DNA from: an uncultured Bacillota bacterium
GTDB taxonomy: Bacteria > Bacillota_I > Bacilli_A > RF39 > UBA660
NCBI GenBank assembly: GCA_958428295.1
Contig: CAUAFL010000002.1
Location: forward strand, 2,297 to 66,296
Length of the DNA: 64,000 nucleotides
Direction of reading: 5' to 3'
Both the position numbers and the translations under genes were made by a program. This document shows positions 1 to 7,766 of this stretch, one piece after another. The notes under the pieces are model-generated. The model did no database searches. It had not been told where the DNA came from and worked only from the letters and a program-made list of their open reading frames with translations. How positions within the stretch are numbered: the stretch's first letter is position 1; every line of letters begins with the position of its first letter.

Positions 1-2
1 GT

Positions 3-380
3 GTGGAGGATCCTGGGCGAACAGATAATAATCCGGTTTTTCTTTATTTAGAGGCTTTTGCGACCGATGAGCATTTTCATAAATATCTAAAAGAATATCC
101 TAGCTTACAGTCCTTAAAAGAGCACTATCAACGTGGTGGCGTAGGAGATATGAAAGTGAAGCGTTTTTTGAATGCTGTGATGCAGGAAGTTTTAGCGCCT
201 ATTCGAGAGCGTCGGAATGCCTGGGAACAGCGATTGCCAGAAGTGTATGAAATTTTAAAAGAGGGCACGAATAAAGCCCGTCAAGAAGCTGCTAAGACAT
301 TAGTGCAAGTGAAAAAAGCCATGCAAATTGATTATTTTGAGGGAGAGACAAATGAAAGAGAACATAATTTTAGCAATTAA
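3..380 (+). CDS. trpS: Tryptophan--tRNA ligase, C-terminal fragment (5' end lies outside the window)
   Basis: The ORF is open at the window start. Its C-terminal anticodon-binding region resembles long-form TrpRS (GNPVF..YL, RGGVGDMKVKRFL, APIRERR, EILKEGTNKAR). Confidence 0.75.
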   Translation: MEDPGRTDNNPVFLYLEAFATDEHFHKYLKEYPSLQSLKEHYQRGGVGDMKVKRFLNAVMQEVLAPIRERRNAWEQRLPEVYEILKEGTNKARQEAAKTLVQVKKAMQIDYFEGETNEREHNFSN

Positions 381-1185
381 AGGATTCTTTATGGGAATTG
401 CCAATATTATTCCTGGAGTCAGTGGTGGTACGCTAGCGATTACAATGGGAATTTATGAACAGTTGATTGAAGCAATTAGTCATTTTTTTGCCCATTTTAA
501 GAAAAATATAAAATTTATTATTCCGATTGTCATTGGGGCCATTGCTTCTATTTTGTTGGGAAGTAAAGTGATTGGATATAGTCTTAGTCGTTTTCCCCTA
601 CCAACCATTTTGTTTTTTACTGGGTTAATATTAGGGGGAATTCCAATGCTTTATAAAAAGGTAAAAGGAAAATTTAAAGTCAGTAATATTTTGATTTTCT
701 TTCTTACTTTTGCGATTATTATTGGTTTGATGTTTTTAAAAAGTGGTAATCAAGTTAGTTTTGAGACGATGAGTACCCTTAATTATGTGCTTTTGTTTGT
801 CGTGGGGATGATTGCGGCTGCCACGATGATTATACCGGGGATTAGTGGTAGTTTTATGTTAATGGTGATGGGCTATTATCAGCCAATTATCAGTGTTATT
901 AATGATGTAACTAACTTTGAGCATCTTGGTCAAAATATAGCGATTTTGCTTCCCTTTGGGCTAGGTATTATTGTGGGAATTGTTCTGATTGCCAAACTCA
1001 TTGAATATTTATTTAAAAAGTTTGAGGTGCCTACTTATTTTGGTATCATTGGTTTTGTGATTGCTTCTTTGTTGGGCATTTTCTTGGAAACAGAAGGGTT
1101 ATCTTTCCAGGCAGGGCCTTTGGTAGTTGGAATTGTTCTTTTTATCATAGGATTTATGATTGCATTAAAATTAGGAGATGAGTAA
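352..1185 (+). CDS. DUF368-family polytopic membrane protein (family implicated in undecaprenyl-phosphate recycling)
   Basis: The duplicated motif IPGVSGGT / IPGISGS and about 8 hydrophobic helices are typical of DUF368. I chose the start at ATG 352 after the GAGGGAGAG RBS. It overlaps the trpS end. Confidence 0.75.
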   Translation: MKENIILAIKGFFMGIANIIPGVSGGTLAITMGIYEQLIEAISHFFAHFKKNIKFIIPIVIGAIASILLGSKVIGYSLSRFPLPTILFFTGLILGGIPMLYKKVKGKFKVSNILIFFLTFAIIIGLMFLKSGNQVSFETMSTLNYVLLFVVGMIAAATMIIPGISGSFMLMVMGYYQPIISVINDVTNFEHLGQNIAILLPFGLGIIVGIVLIAKLIEYLFKKFEVPTYFGIIGFVIASLLGIFLETEGLSFQAGPLVVGIVLFIIGFMIALKLGDE

Positions 1186-1242
1186 AACTTGTCTTTTTTT
1201 TGTCTTGCGTACTGGTTGTGTGACCAAAATGGCTATTTTCTC

Positions 1243-1270
1243 TTGTAAAATTTTTCAAATCTATTATAAT
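1243..1270 (+). promoter_or_regulatory. Candidate sigma-A promoter for lon (TTGTAA-16-TATAAT)
   Basis: The -35 TTGTAA lies at 1243-1248 and the -10 TATAAT at 1265-1270, about 30 nt upstream of the lon ATG. Confidence 0.4.
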
Positions 1271-1301
1271 AAATAGTTGTATTGAGAAAGGGGCTAAACA
1301 G

Positions 1302-3617
1302 ATGAAGAAGGTACCAGTGTTCATCACCAATGAGGGAGTTCTATTTCCGAACAGTGAGTATCGTTTTGAAACAACCGATGATGCCGTTAAGCAGTTGCTT
1401 AATGAAGTAGATCAAGAAGAAGAAAAACAACTTGTGATTATTCATTCCCTTGATCAGAGTAGTGAAGAAGATATTACACAGTTTCCCTCCGTGGGAGTTT
1501 TATCGGAGTTAATGTTAAAATTATTAATTCCTAATTCAAAAATGCGGGCGGTGATGTTAGGAAAATGTCGGGTAAAAGTGAGCCATTATGAGTTTCGTGA
1601 TGGTATCTATTATGCTGAAATAGAAGAATTTATGATGGCTCCCATAGATGTTGAGAGAGAGAAGATGTATAGTGATATGCTTCTTCGAACGTATGAGACG
1701 TATGTGAATACCTTAGCAACTATTAGTAATGCTATGCTTAATGAATTGTTTTTGATTCATGACTTACCAACGTTAACAGATGTGATTGTCACTTTTTTGC
1801 CACTTTCCATTGAGCTTAAGAAAAAATATTTGTATGAACTAGATCCACTGAAGAGAGCGCGTTCTTTATTAGCGCAGTTAAAAGAGGAAATTGCTATTGC
1901 TAAACTGGAAAAAGAGATTGATCAAACGGTTCATCAACAGTTAGATGAAGAACAAAAAAATTATTACTTACGGCAAAAGATGAAGGTCATTTCTGAAGCC
2001 GTAGGAGATAGTCGTTCTAAAAATGTGGAAGTAGAAAAATTTAAGAAACGGTTAAAGGAGCTAAAGTGTAATAGGTCTCTAAAACAACGTATTCAGGAAG
2101 AAATTTTACGTTATGAGACAGCCCATCAAAATTCACCAGAGATTACTATGATGCGCGATTATATTGAGTGGATGTTGGCACTTCCTTGGAGTTATCATAC
2201 GAGAGATGTTACGTCTATTAAAGAAATTGAGCAAACACTAAATGAGACGCATTATGGTATGCAGGATGTGAAAGAGAGAATTGTAGAATATATTGCTGTC
2301 AAGCAGAATTCGGTGAAGGAACGCAGTCCGATCTTATGTCTTATTGGTCCACCTGGGGTAGGAAAAACTTCCTTGGCTTATTCCATTGCTAAGAGTCTCA
2401 GGCGTCGTTTAGCGACCATTTCTGTGGGTGGTATTAATGATGAGGCAGAAATTGTTGGACACCGAAGAACATATATTGGCGCTTTGCCGGGGCGAATCAT
2501 TCAGGGCTTAAAAAAAGCTGGCAGTAGTAATCCGGTATTTGTCATTGATGAAATTGATAAAATGACGCGTGATATCAAAGGTGATCCTGCAAGTAGTTTA
2601 TTAGAAATACTAGATAAAGAACAAAATCACCATTTTTGTGATCATTATATTGAAGAACCCTTTGATTTGTCAAAAGTGATGTTTATTGCTACTGCTAATT
2701 ATGAAGAACAAATTCCCACAGAATTACGTGATCGTTTGGAAATTCTTCATATTCCTTCTTATACAGAGTATGAAAAAGTAGAAATTGCTGAGCAACACCT
2801 TTTACCACGAGCTTTAGAAGAGCATGGTCTTTCTTCATGGCAAGTACAGTTTGAACGCAAGGCTTTGTTAACTATTGTTCGCTATTATACCAAAGAAGCG
2901 GGTGTACGTGATTTTGAACGGTTACTTTCTAAAATTTTACGAAAAATTGTCAAGAAAAGTTTATTGGGCGATAGTGAAACATTCTATACCATTACTAGTC
3001 GTAATGTAGAAAAGTATTTAGGAAAGAAATTGTATACCTATCATGATCATCAGGAAGCAAAATTGATAGGGGTGGTTAATGGGTTAGCCTATACCCCTTT
3101 TGGGGGAGATATTTTGCCGATTGAGACGACTTTTTATCAAGGTAGTGGTAATTTATATTTGACTGGTTCTTTGGGTGAAGTGATGCGGGAATCAGCTCAG
3201 ATTGCCCTTAGTTATGTAAAGGCTCATTACCAGCAATTTGGCATTGATAGCAAGCTCTTTCATAAGGATATTCACATTCATGTTCCGGAAGGAGCCATTG
3301 CCAAAGAAGGCCCTAGTGCGGGGGTTAGTTTAACGACGTCTTTAATTAGTGCTCTTTCTGGTCAAGCTGTATCTACAAAGCTAGCGATGACAGGTGAAAT
3401 TACCCTCCAAGGGCGGGTCCTTTCAATTGGTGGTGTGCGTGAGAAGGTATTAGGGGCTTATCGTGCCGGTATCAAACAAGTTTTTTTACCCCAAGATAAT
3501 AAGATTGATATGAAAGAAATTCCTAAAGAAATTCAAAAGGAGATGACGTTTGTGTTTGTCGCTACTTATGAAGAGATTTTTCAGCAAGTATTTTCTTTTA
3601 CTGTGGAGGTAGTATGA
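1302..3617 (+). CDS. lon: ATP-dependent Lon protease (LonA type)
   Basis: 771 aa. It has an N-terminal LAN domain, Walker A GPPGVGKTS, Walker B VFVIDEIDK, the catalytic Ser motif KEGPSAGVS, and a downstream GGVREKVLGA. Confidence 0.95.
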   Translation: MKKVPVFITNEGVLFPNSEYRFETTDDAVKQLLNEVDQEEEKQLVIIHSLDQSSEEDITQFPSVGVLSELMLKLLIPNSKMRAVMLGKCRVKVSHYEFRDGIYYAEIEEFMMAPIDVEREKMYSDMLLRTYETYVNTLATISNAMLNELFLIHDLPTLTDVIVTFLPLSIELKKKYLYELDPLKRARSLLAQLKEEIAIAKLEKEIDQTVHQQLDEEQKNYYLRQKMKVISEAVGDSRSKNVEVEKFKKRLKELKCNRSLKQRIQEEILRYETAHQNSPEITMMRDYIEWMLALPWSYHTRDVTSIKEIEQTLNETHYGMQDVKERIVEYIAVKQNSVKERSPILCLIGPPGVGKTSLAYSIAKSLRRRLATISVGGINDEAEIVGHRRTYIGALPGRIIQGLKKAGSSNPVFVIDEIDKMTRDIKGDPASSLLEILDKEQNHHFCDHYIEEPFDLSKVMFIATANYEEQIPTELRDRLEILHIPSYTEYEKVEIAEQHLLPRALEEHGLSSWQVQFERKALLTIVRYYTKEAGVRDFERLLSKILRKIVKKSLLGDSETFYTITSRNVEKYLGKKLYTYHDHQEAKLIGVVNGLAYTPFGGDILPIETTFYQGSGNLYLTGSLGEVMRESAQIALSYVKAHYQQFGIDSKLFHKDIHIHVPEGAIAKEGPSAGVSLTTSLISALSGQAVSTKLAMTGEITLQGRVLSIGGVREKVLGAYRAGIKQVFLPQDNKIDMKEIPKEIQKEMTFVFVATYEEIFQQVFSFTVEVV

Positions 3618-4222
3618 GTTTGTATCAGTTGCCGCTTTCTTTACGTCAAAATGTGCATTTTGCGAAAGCGGCTTTAGTTTCTTGGGATCCTTTAGTGTTA
3701 TTGGAACTTGATACTAGTAGTATCAAAGAAAGTCTTCATTATTTGTTGCAGGAAGAACCTGCCTTTTTCTGGTCAGTGGCTGATATTCAGTCCTTTTCCT
3801 TGGATATTTTAAAACTTTTAGGGTGTTATCGAGAGGCACAAAATTTGGCTAGTGTTGGACGGTGGGAGCCGGCTAGGAGAACTTTGTTGTTGCAAAAATA
3901 TTGGCAGCAGCAGCAATTGATTCAGCAATATTGTTTTAGAGAAGATGAGTATGCCCACCTCTTGTTTTTAGAGCAATCGTTGTTAGAACTAGAAACCGCT
4001 GAGGAGTTGATAGAGGATCCTTTGCTTAGTGTCGCTATTTCTTATGTTAAACGCGTATTTCCTGAAATTTATCAGGGGGAGGCCGATGATTATTTAGTGG
4101 ATATGATTTCCCAAATTTCCGCTTTTGATCAGGTCGCAAGATTAACAGATTTATTTTCTAAAGGCCGAGAAATGACACCTAAAATTTTGACATTTTCTAA
4201 AACGGCCTATTTCAAACAATAA
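3614..4222 (+). CDS. Hypothetical cytoplasmic protein, translationally coupled to lon
   Basis: ATGA start/stop overlap with lon. 202 aa with no TM segment and no motif I recognise. Confidence 0.55.
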   Translation: MSLYQLPLSLRQNVHFAKAALVSWDPLVLLELDTSSIKESLHYLLQEEPAFFWSVADIQSFSLDILKLLGCYREAQNLASVGRWEPARRTLLLQKYWQQQQLIQQYCFREDEYAHLLFLEQSLLELETAEELIEDPLLSVAISYVKRVFPEIYQGEADDYLVDMISQISAFDQVARLTDLFSKGREMTPKILTFSKTAYFKQ

Positions 4223-4278
4223 GAGCCTTGTTTTGGTTTAGAAAATATGGTATGCTTCTATCATATAGGAGAGTGTTT

Positions 4279-5160
4279 ATGAAAAAGGGAAAGACGAATA
4301 GAGTTCTTATTGTTGTTATTGTTATCTTAGCGCTATTACTGATAGCAACAGGTGGTTATTTATTATATGATAAACTAAATCAAGATAAAGATGTGGAAGA
4401 AAAACATACTCCTCAGGATCAAGATAAGGAAGAGAAAAAATTAACAGAATTAGCTCCTGATGATAAAATTGTGGAAGCAGCACTTGCTAGTTTTGCTAGT
4501 TTTGATATCACTGCTGCATCATTATATGGTGGTGATGCTTATGATGTTAGTTCTATTTCTAAGCTTGATTTGATTGCTACCGCATTTAAACTATCGGGTG
4601 CGATTTATCCGCAGTGTGGGGATCCTATTCCTTCCGAACCAACTGTTTCAGTGGAAGAATTAAATGCCAAATTGACAAGCGTATTACTTAATCCTACCTT
4701 ATTTACATTAGAAGATATTAAAACGGTGGCAAGGTCTCAGGCTTCAGCTATTGATGATTACACTGTTAAAGATGTGACTGTTGCCATAAAAGGTGATCGA
4801 CTTCAGCTATTAGGCTTTTGTGGTAATACCGGTCCGATTCGTCAGTATACGGCTAAGAAAGTAGTAAAAGCCGAAAAAGATGACAACTATGTTTATATTT
4901 ATCAAAAAGAGGCGTTTGCTAAATATAATTCTGAGACATCAAACTATGATCAAGACCCAGCAATTGAAAGTTATGATTATTATAAAGAATATAATTTTCA
5001 GACGAAAATACAATCTTTGCAGAATCCTTTTGAGAATTCAAGTAATGTTGAGTCAAAAACCGGTGGTGAACTTACTTGGGATTCTTATAATACTTATAAA
5101 TATACTTTTAAAATCGTCAACAACCAATATTATTTTCAATCACTAGAACGTGTTAAGTAG
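4279..5160 (+). CDS. Hypothetical N-terminally membrane-anchored extracytoplasmic protein
   Basis: The start MKKGKTNRV follows an AGGAGAG RBS. It has a single N-terminal TM (VLIVVIVILALLLIATGGYLL) and no recognisable domain. Confidence 0.55.
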   Translation: MKKGKTNRVLIVVIVILALLLIATGGYLLYDKLNQDKDVEEKHTPQDQDKEEKKLTELAPDDKIVEAALASFASFDITAASLYGGDAYDVSSISKLDLIATAFKLSGAIYPQCGDPIPSEPTVSVEELNAKLTSVLLNPTLFTLEDIKTVARSQASAIDDYTVKDVTVAIKGDRLQLLGFCGNTGPIRQYTAKKVVKAEKDDNYVYIYQKEAFAKYNSETSNYDQDPAIESYDYYKEYNFQTKIQSLQNPFENSSNVESKTGGELTWDSYNTYKYTFKIVNNQYYFQSLERVK

Positions 5161-5253
5161 AGCTATGGCTGTTTGAAAGCAATTAGGCTCTTTTTTTATA
5201 TACAATATGACATTTTTTCTTTTTCCTTTCATAAACTTAGATAGAAAGGAGAA

Positions 5254-6198
5254 ATGATAGCGATGAAACAGCTTATCTCATTTAAAAAAGAAATTGCATT
5301 TAAAACAATGATTGGTGAAATTACCAGTATTTCTTTAGAACACACCTTACATTTTACCAGTGATAGTACAGTAGAAGGGGATTTGATTGTTAGCGGTACT
5401 TACAAAATGACAGAAGCTAGTACTTTAGAAGAACCTTTTAATTATGCTCTTCCCGTAGATATTATGTTGACAAGTGATTTAGAGGAAAAGGATCGTAGTG
5501 TGGCAATTGATAATTTTGTCTATAAAATTGTAAATGAGGAAATTTTGGAAGTAGAAGTAGATTTATTAGTGAAAGGGTTAGAAAAAGTAGAAGTCCAAGA
5601 AGAAGTAATGGAGGTCGTAGATTCTTTAGAGGGAGAATTATTAGAAGAAGAAAACGAAGAAGTAGAAGAAGCGAATGTATTAGAAGAGGTTCGTGAGGTA
5701 GAAGAAGCATTGGTAGAGGAAGAACCATTAACTGTATTAGAGACTTTGGAGGAAGAACAGCGCGAAGAACCATTAACAGGCGAGAGTGAAATTGCTTCCA
5801 CACAGGCATTCATTGATTCTTTACCTAATACATTAGAAGTTGCTGAACTTAAAGACTTAAAAGAGGTTACACCTGTAACGAAAGAAGAGGTGAGTATTGC
5901 CATGCCAGTGATGAAGGAAGTTGTTGAAAATACGAAGGTAGAGACTACTTTGGGAGTAAACGAGACCAAAGATGATCCGACGGATGGAACTGTTATGAAT
6001 TCCATTTTCTCCGCTTTTGCCAATACGGAAGAAACTTATACTACTTATTCTGTTTATTTGTTACGTGAGAATGATAATATAGAAGATGTTCTTAGTAAGT
6101 ATAATATTACAAGAGAAGAATTAGGGTATTATAATAATTTAGATGATTTACATGTTGGATCCAAATTAATTATTCCAAGTACTTTCCAAGATGCTTAG
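5254..6198 (+). CDS. spoVID: Stage VI sporulation protein D-like (N-terminal SPOCS-like domain, acidic Glu-rich linker, C-terminal LysM)
   Basis: The N-terminal pattern (SFKKEIAF..GEITSISLEH, GDLIVSGTYK, ALPVDIML, DLLVKGLE) parallels B. subtilis SpoVID. The central region is E/V-rich. The C-terminus has a LysM motif (YSVYLLRENDNIEDVLSKYNITREELGYYNNL..VGSKLIIP). An alternative start exists at 5263. Confidence 0.65.
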   Translation: MIAMKQLISFKKEIAFKTMIGEITSISLEHTLHFTSDSTVEGDLIVSGTYKMTEASTLEEPFNYALPVDIMLTSDLEEKDRSVAIDNFVYKIVNEEILEVEVDLLVKGLEKVEVQEEVMEVVDSLEGELLEEENEEVEEANVLEEVREVEEALVEEEPLTVLETLEEEQREEPLTGESEIASTQAFIDSLPNTLEVAELKDLKEVTPVTKEEVSIAMPVMKEVVENTKVETTLGVNETKDDPTDGTVMNSIFSAFANTEETYTTYSVYLLRENDNIEDVLSKYNITREELGYYNNLDDLHVGSKLIIPSTFQDA

Positions 6199-7090
6199 AA
6201 TGGCTGAATTGTTAGGAGAGAAAGTAGCCGTCAAAAAGTATAGTTATAGGAAGGATCTGAAATTATTAGATGTTGGGGATCAGCAATTATTAGTGAAACC
6301 AAAAAAGCGCTATGACCTAGAGGCGGTCTATCGCTATTTGGAGGATCATCATGTGACAAATTATTTGCCACCGTTACAAATGACGGATAAAGAGGTGTTA
6401 TTTCCTTATTTACCCGCTTCTCTTTTGACGAAAGATGAGTTAGCGAAAAAGCTAGTTTATAATTTAAGCGTGTGGCAGAGTAAGACGACGGTTCATCAGC
6501 GTTTGGATGTTGATGAAATTAAGACCATTTATGAGGAAAAGCATAAAATGATTGAGTATTTGGTATCCTATTATCGTGATTTAAGCGATTTAGTTGACAC
6601 TAAGGTTTATATGGCGCCTAGTGAGTATTATTTTGCGAGGAATAATAGTATTCTTTTTGCGGCCTTACAGTATGCTTCCTCGTTACTAGAAACATGGTAT
6701 GAAAAAATAAAGGTCCAAAAAAATTATCGTAAAACGTATTGCCACGGTAAATGTCAATTGGATCATTTTCTAGCCAATGATAATGGGTATTTTATTAGTT
6801 TAGAACAGGCCCATTTGGGAGATGTAACAGAGGATTTTGTGCATTTTTATAAGCAGAATTATAAAGATGTTGATATGAGTTCTACCTTTCAATTGTATCA
6901 GCATAAATATCCCTTTACGGAAGAAGAAAAACTTTTTTTCTATTTATCCCTTGTTTTACCTACGACCGTAGAATTATATCCCTCCTCTCTTACAAAAACG
7001 AAAGAGTTAGTTAACTTTTTTGAGGAAATGAAAATGACGAGTGAATTTTTATTAGAACAAGAGAAGCAAAACCAGGAGCACCAGCATTAA
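6191..7090 (+). CDS. CotS/YsxE-like spore-coat-associated kinase-fold protein
   Basis: It overlaps the spoVID-like stop, matching the B. subtilis spoVID-ysxE order. An APH/CotS-like segment CHGKCQLDHFLAN ... LGDVTEDF resembles the HGD..N / D.D kinase-fold motifs but has K in place of the catalytic D. Confidence 0.45.
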   Translation: MLRMAELLGEKVAVKKYSYRKDLKLLDVGDQQLLVKPKKRYDLEAVYRYLEDHHVTNYLPPLQMTDKEVLFPYLPASLLTKDELAKKLVYNLSVWQSKTTVHQRLDVDEIKTIYEEKHKMIEYLVSYYRDLSDLVDTKVYMAPSEYYFARNNSILFAALQYASSLLETWYEKIKVQKNYRKTYCHGKCQLDHFLANDNGYFISLEQAHLGDVTEDFVHFYKQNYKDVDMSSTFQLYQHKYPFTEEEKLFFYLSLVLPTTVELYPSSLTKTKELVNFFEEMKMTSEFLLEQEKQNQEHQH

Positions 7091-7282
7091 TAATTCCACT
7101 AATAATAAGATGGCATTTAGCCTTGTGACAATAAAAATTAACAATAAAGCTTGGTACATGATAATGATGATTAAAGAAGCAATGAAACCTAAGTAGAAAA
7201 GGCTAGTTCTTCTTTTTTGTTTGCAGTAGTTACAGCGACAGAAAAAATTGTGTTTATTTCCTTTGAATTTCATGGTCTTCAC
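7052..7282 (-). CDS. Possible small membrane protein with an N-terminal CxCxxC motif
   Basis: 76 aa. An AGGTGA RBS sits 5 nt before the ATG. The N-terminus reads FFCRCNYCKQKRR and is followed by two hydrophobic helices. It converges on and overlaps the 3' end of the ysxE-like gene. Confidence 0.3.
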   Translation of the reverse strand: MKTMKFKGNKHNFFCRCNYCKQKRRTSLFYLGFIASLIIIIMYQALLLIFIVTRLNAILLLVELLMLVLLVLLLLF

Positions 7283-7313
7283 CTATGATAGTGTATGTTT
7301 TTGTGAAAATATG

Positions 7314-7342
7314 TTGACTTTTATAGAAAAGTTGGCTATACT
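7314..7342 (+). promoter_or_regulatory. Sigma-A type promoter, TTGACT-17-TATACT
   Basis: -35 at 7314-7319, -10 at 7337-7342, with an exact 17-nt spacer. It lies directly upstream of the Fur-family gene. Confidence 0.55.
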
Positions 7343-7346
7343 TTAA

Positions 7347-7363
7347 TTGATAATGATTATCAA
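7347..7363. promoter_or_regulatory. Fur-family operator: perfect palindrome TTGATAATGATTATCAA
   Basis: This is an 8-1-8 perfect inverted repeat. Its core TGATAATGATTATCA equals the B. subtilis 7-1-7 Fur-box consensus TGATAATNATTATCA. It sits 5 nt downstream of the -10 and 14 nt upstream of the regulator ATG. Confidence 0.7.
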
Positions 7364-7376
7364 TAAAGGAAAGATT

Positions 7377-7766
7377 ATGGAACGACAAACAAAACAGCAA
7401 AAACAAATTTTTGCCGTATTAAAGAATTGCAAATGTCATCCAACTTTGAAAGAGTTGACAGAGCTGGTAGCTTCCTCTTACCCGGCGATTGGACAGGCGA
7501 CGATTTATCGGACGGTGAAACGATTAGTAGAAAAAGGACTCGTCGAAAGATTACCAGCACAAGGGCAGATTTATCGTTATGATGTCAATGTCGATCATTA
7601 TCATTTTCAATGTCTTCGTTGTGGTCATCTTGAGGATATTTATTTAGATAAGGGTATGGTTAATGAGTTAGTGTCATCCTTACCGGATCATGACATTCAA
7701 AGAACGGAGATTTTGTTCAGTGGACTTTGTCAACGCTGTAAGGAGAAAGATGAAAAGAAAATGTAG
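7377..7766 (+). CDS. Fur-family metalloregulator (Fur or PerR, unresolved)
   Basis: It has a winged-helix segment (QATIYRTVKRLVEKGLV), HYHFQCLRCG, and a C-terminal CQRC structural Zn site. Confidence 0.85.
   Translation: MERQTKQQKQIFAVLKNCKCHPTLKELTELVASSYPAIGQATIYRTVKRLVEKGLVERLPAQGQIYRYDVNVDHYHFQCLRCGHLEDIYLDKGMVNELVSSLPDHDIQRTEILFSGLCQRCKEKDEKKM

Noticed and set aside
5161-5253. I looked for a sigma-E-type promoter upstream of the spoVID-like gene (CATAAACT and ATACAAT resemble the CATACA-T -10).
   Set aside because: No properly spaced -35 (ATATT-like) element could be paired with either candidate, so the match is too weak to report by eye.
5560-5800. I checked whether the repetitive GAA-rich DNA is a tandem repeat or CRISPR-like array.
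   Set aside because: The repeats are imperfect, in-frame codon repeats encoding an acidic linker. There is no repeat-spacer periodicity. I saw no CRISPR array anywhere in the window.
5462-6023. Two long antisense ORFs (115 and 167 aa) lie inside the spoVID-like gene.
   Set aside because: They lie opposite the GAA/GAG-rich acidic linker. Their low-complexity Ser/Leu-rich translations are the expected artefact of reading a Glu-repeat region in reverse.
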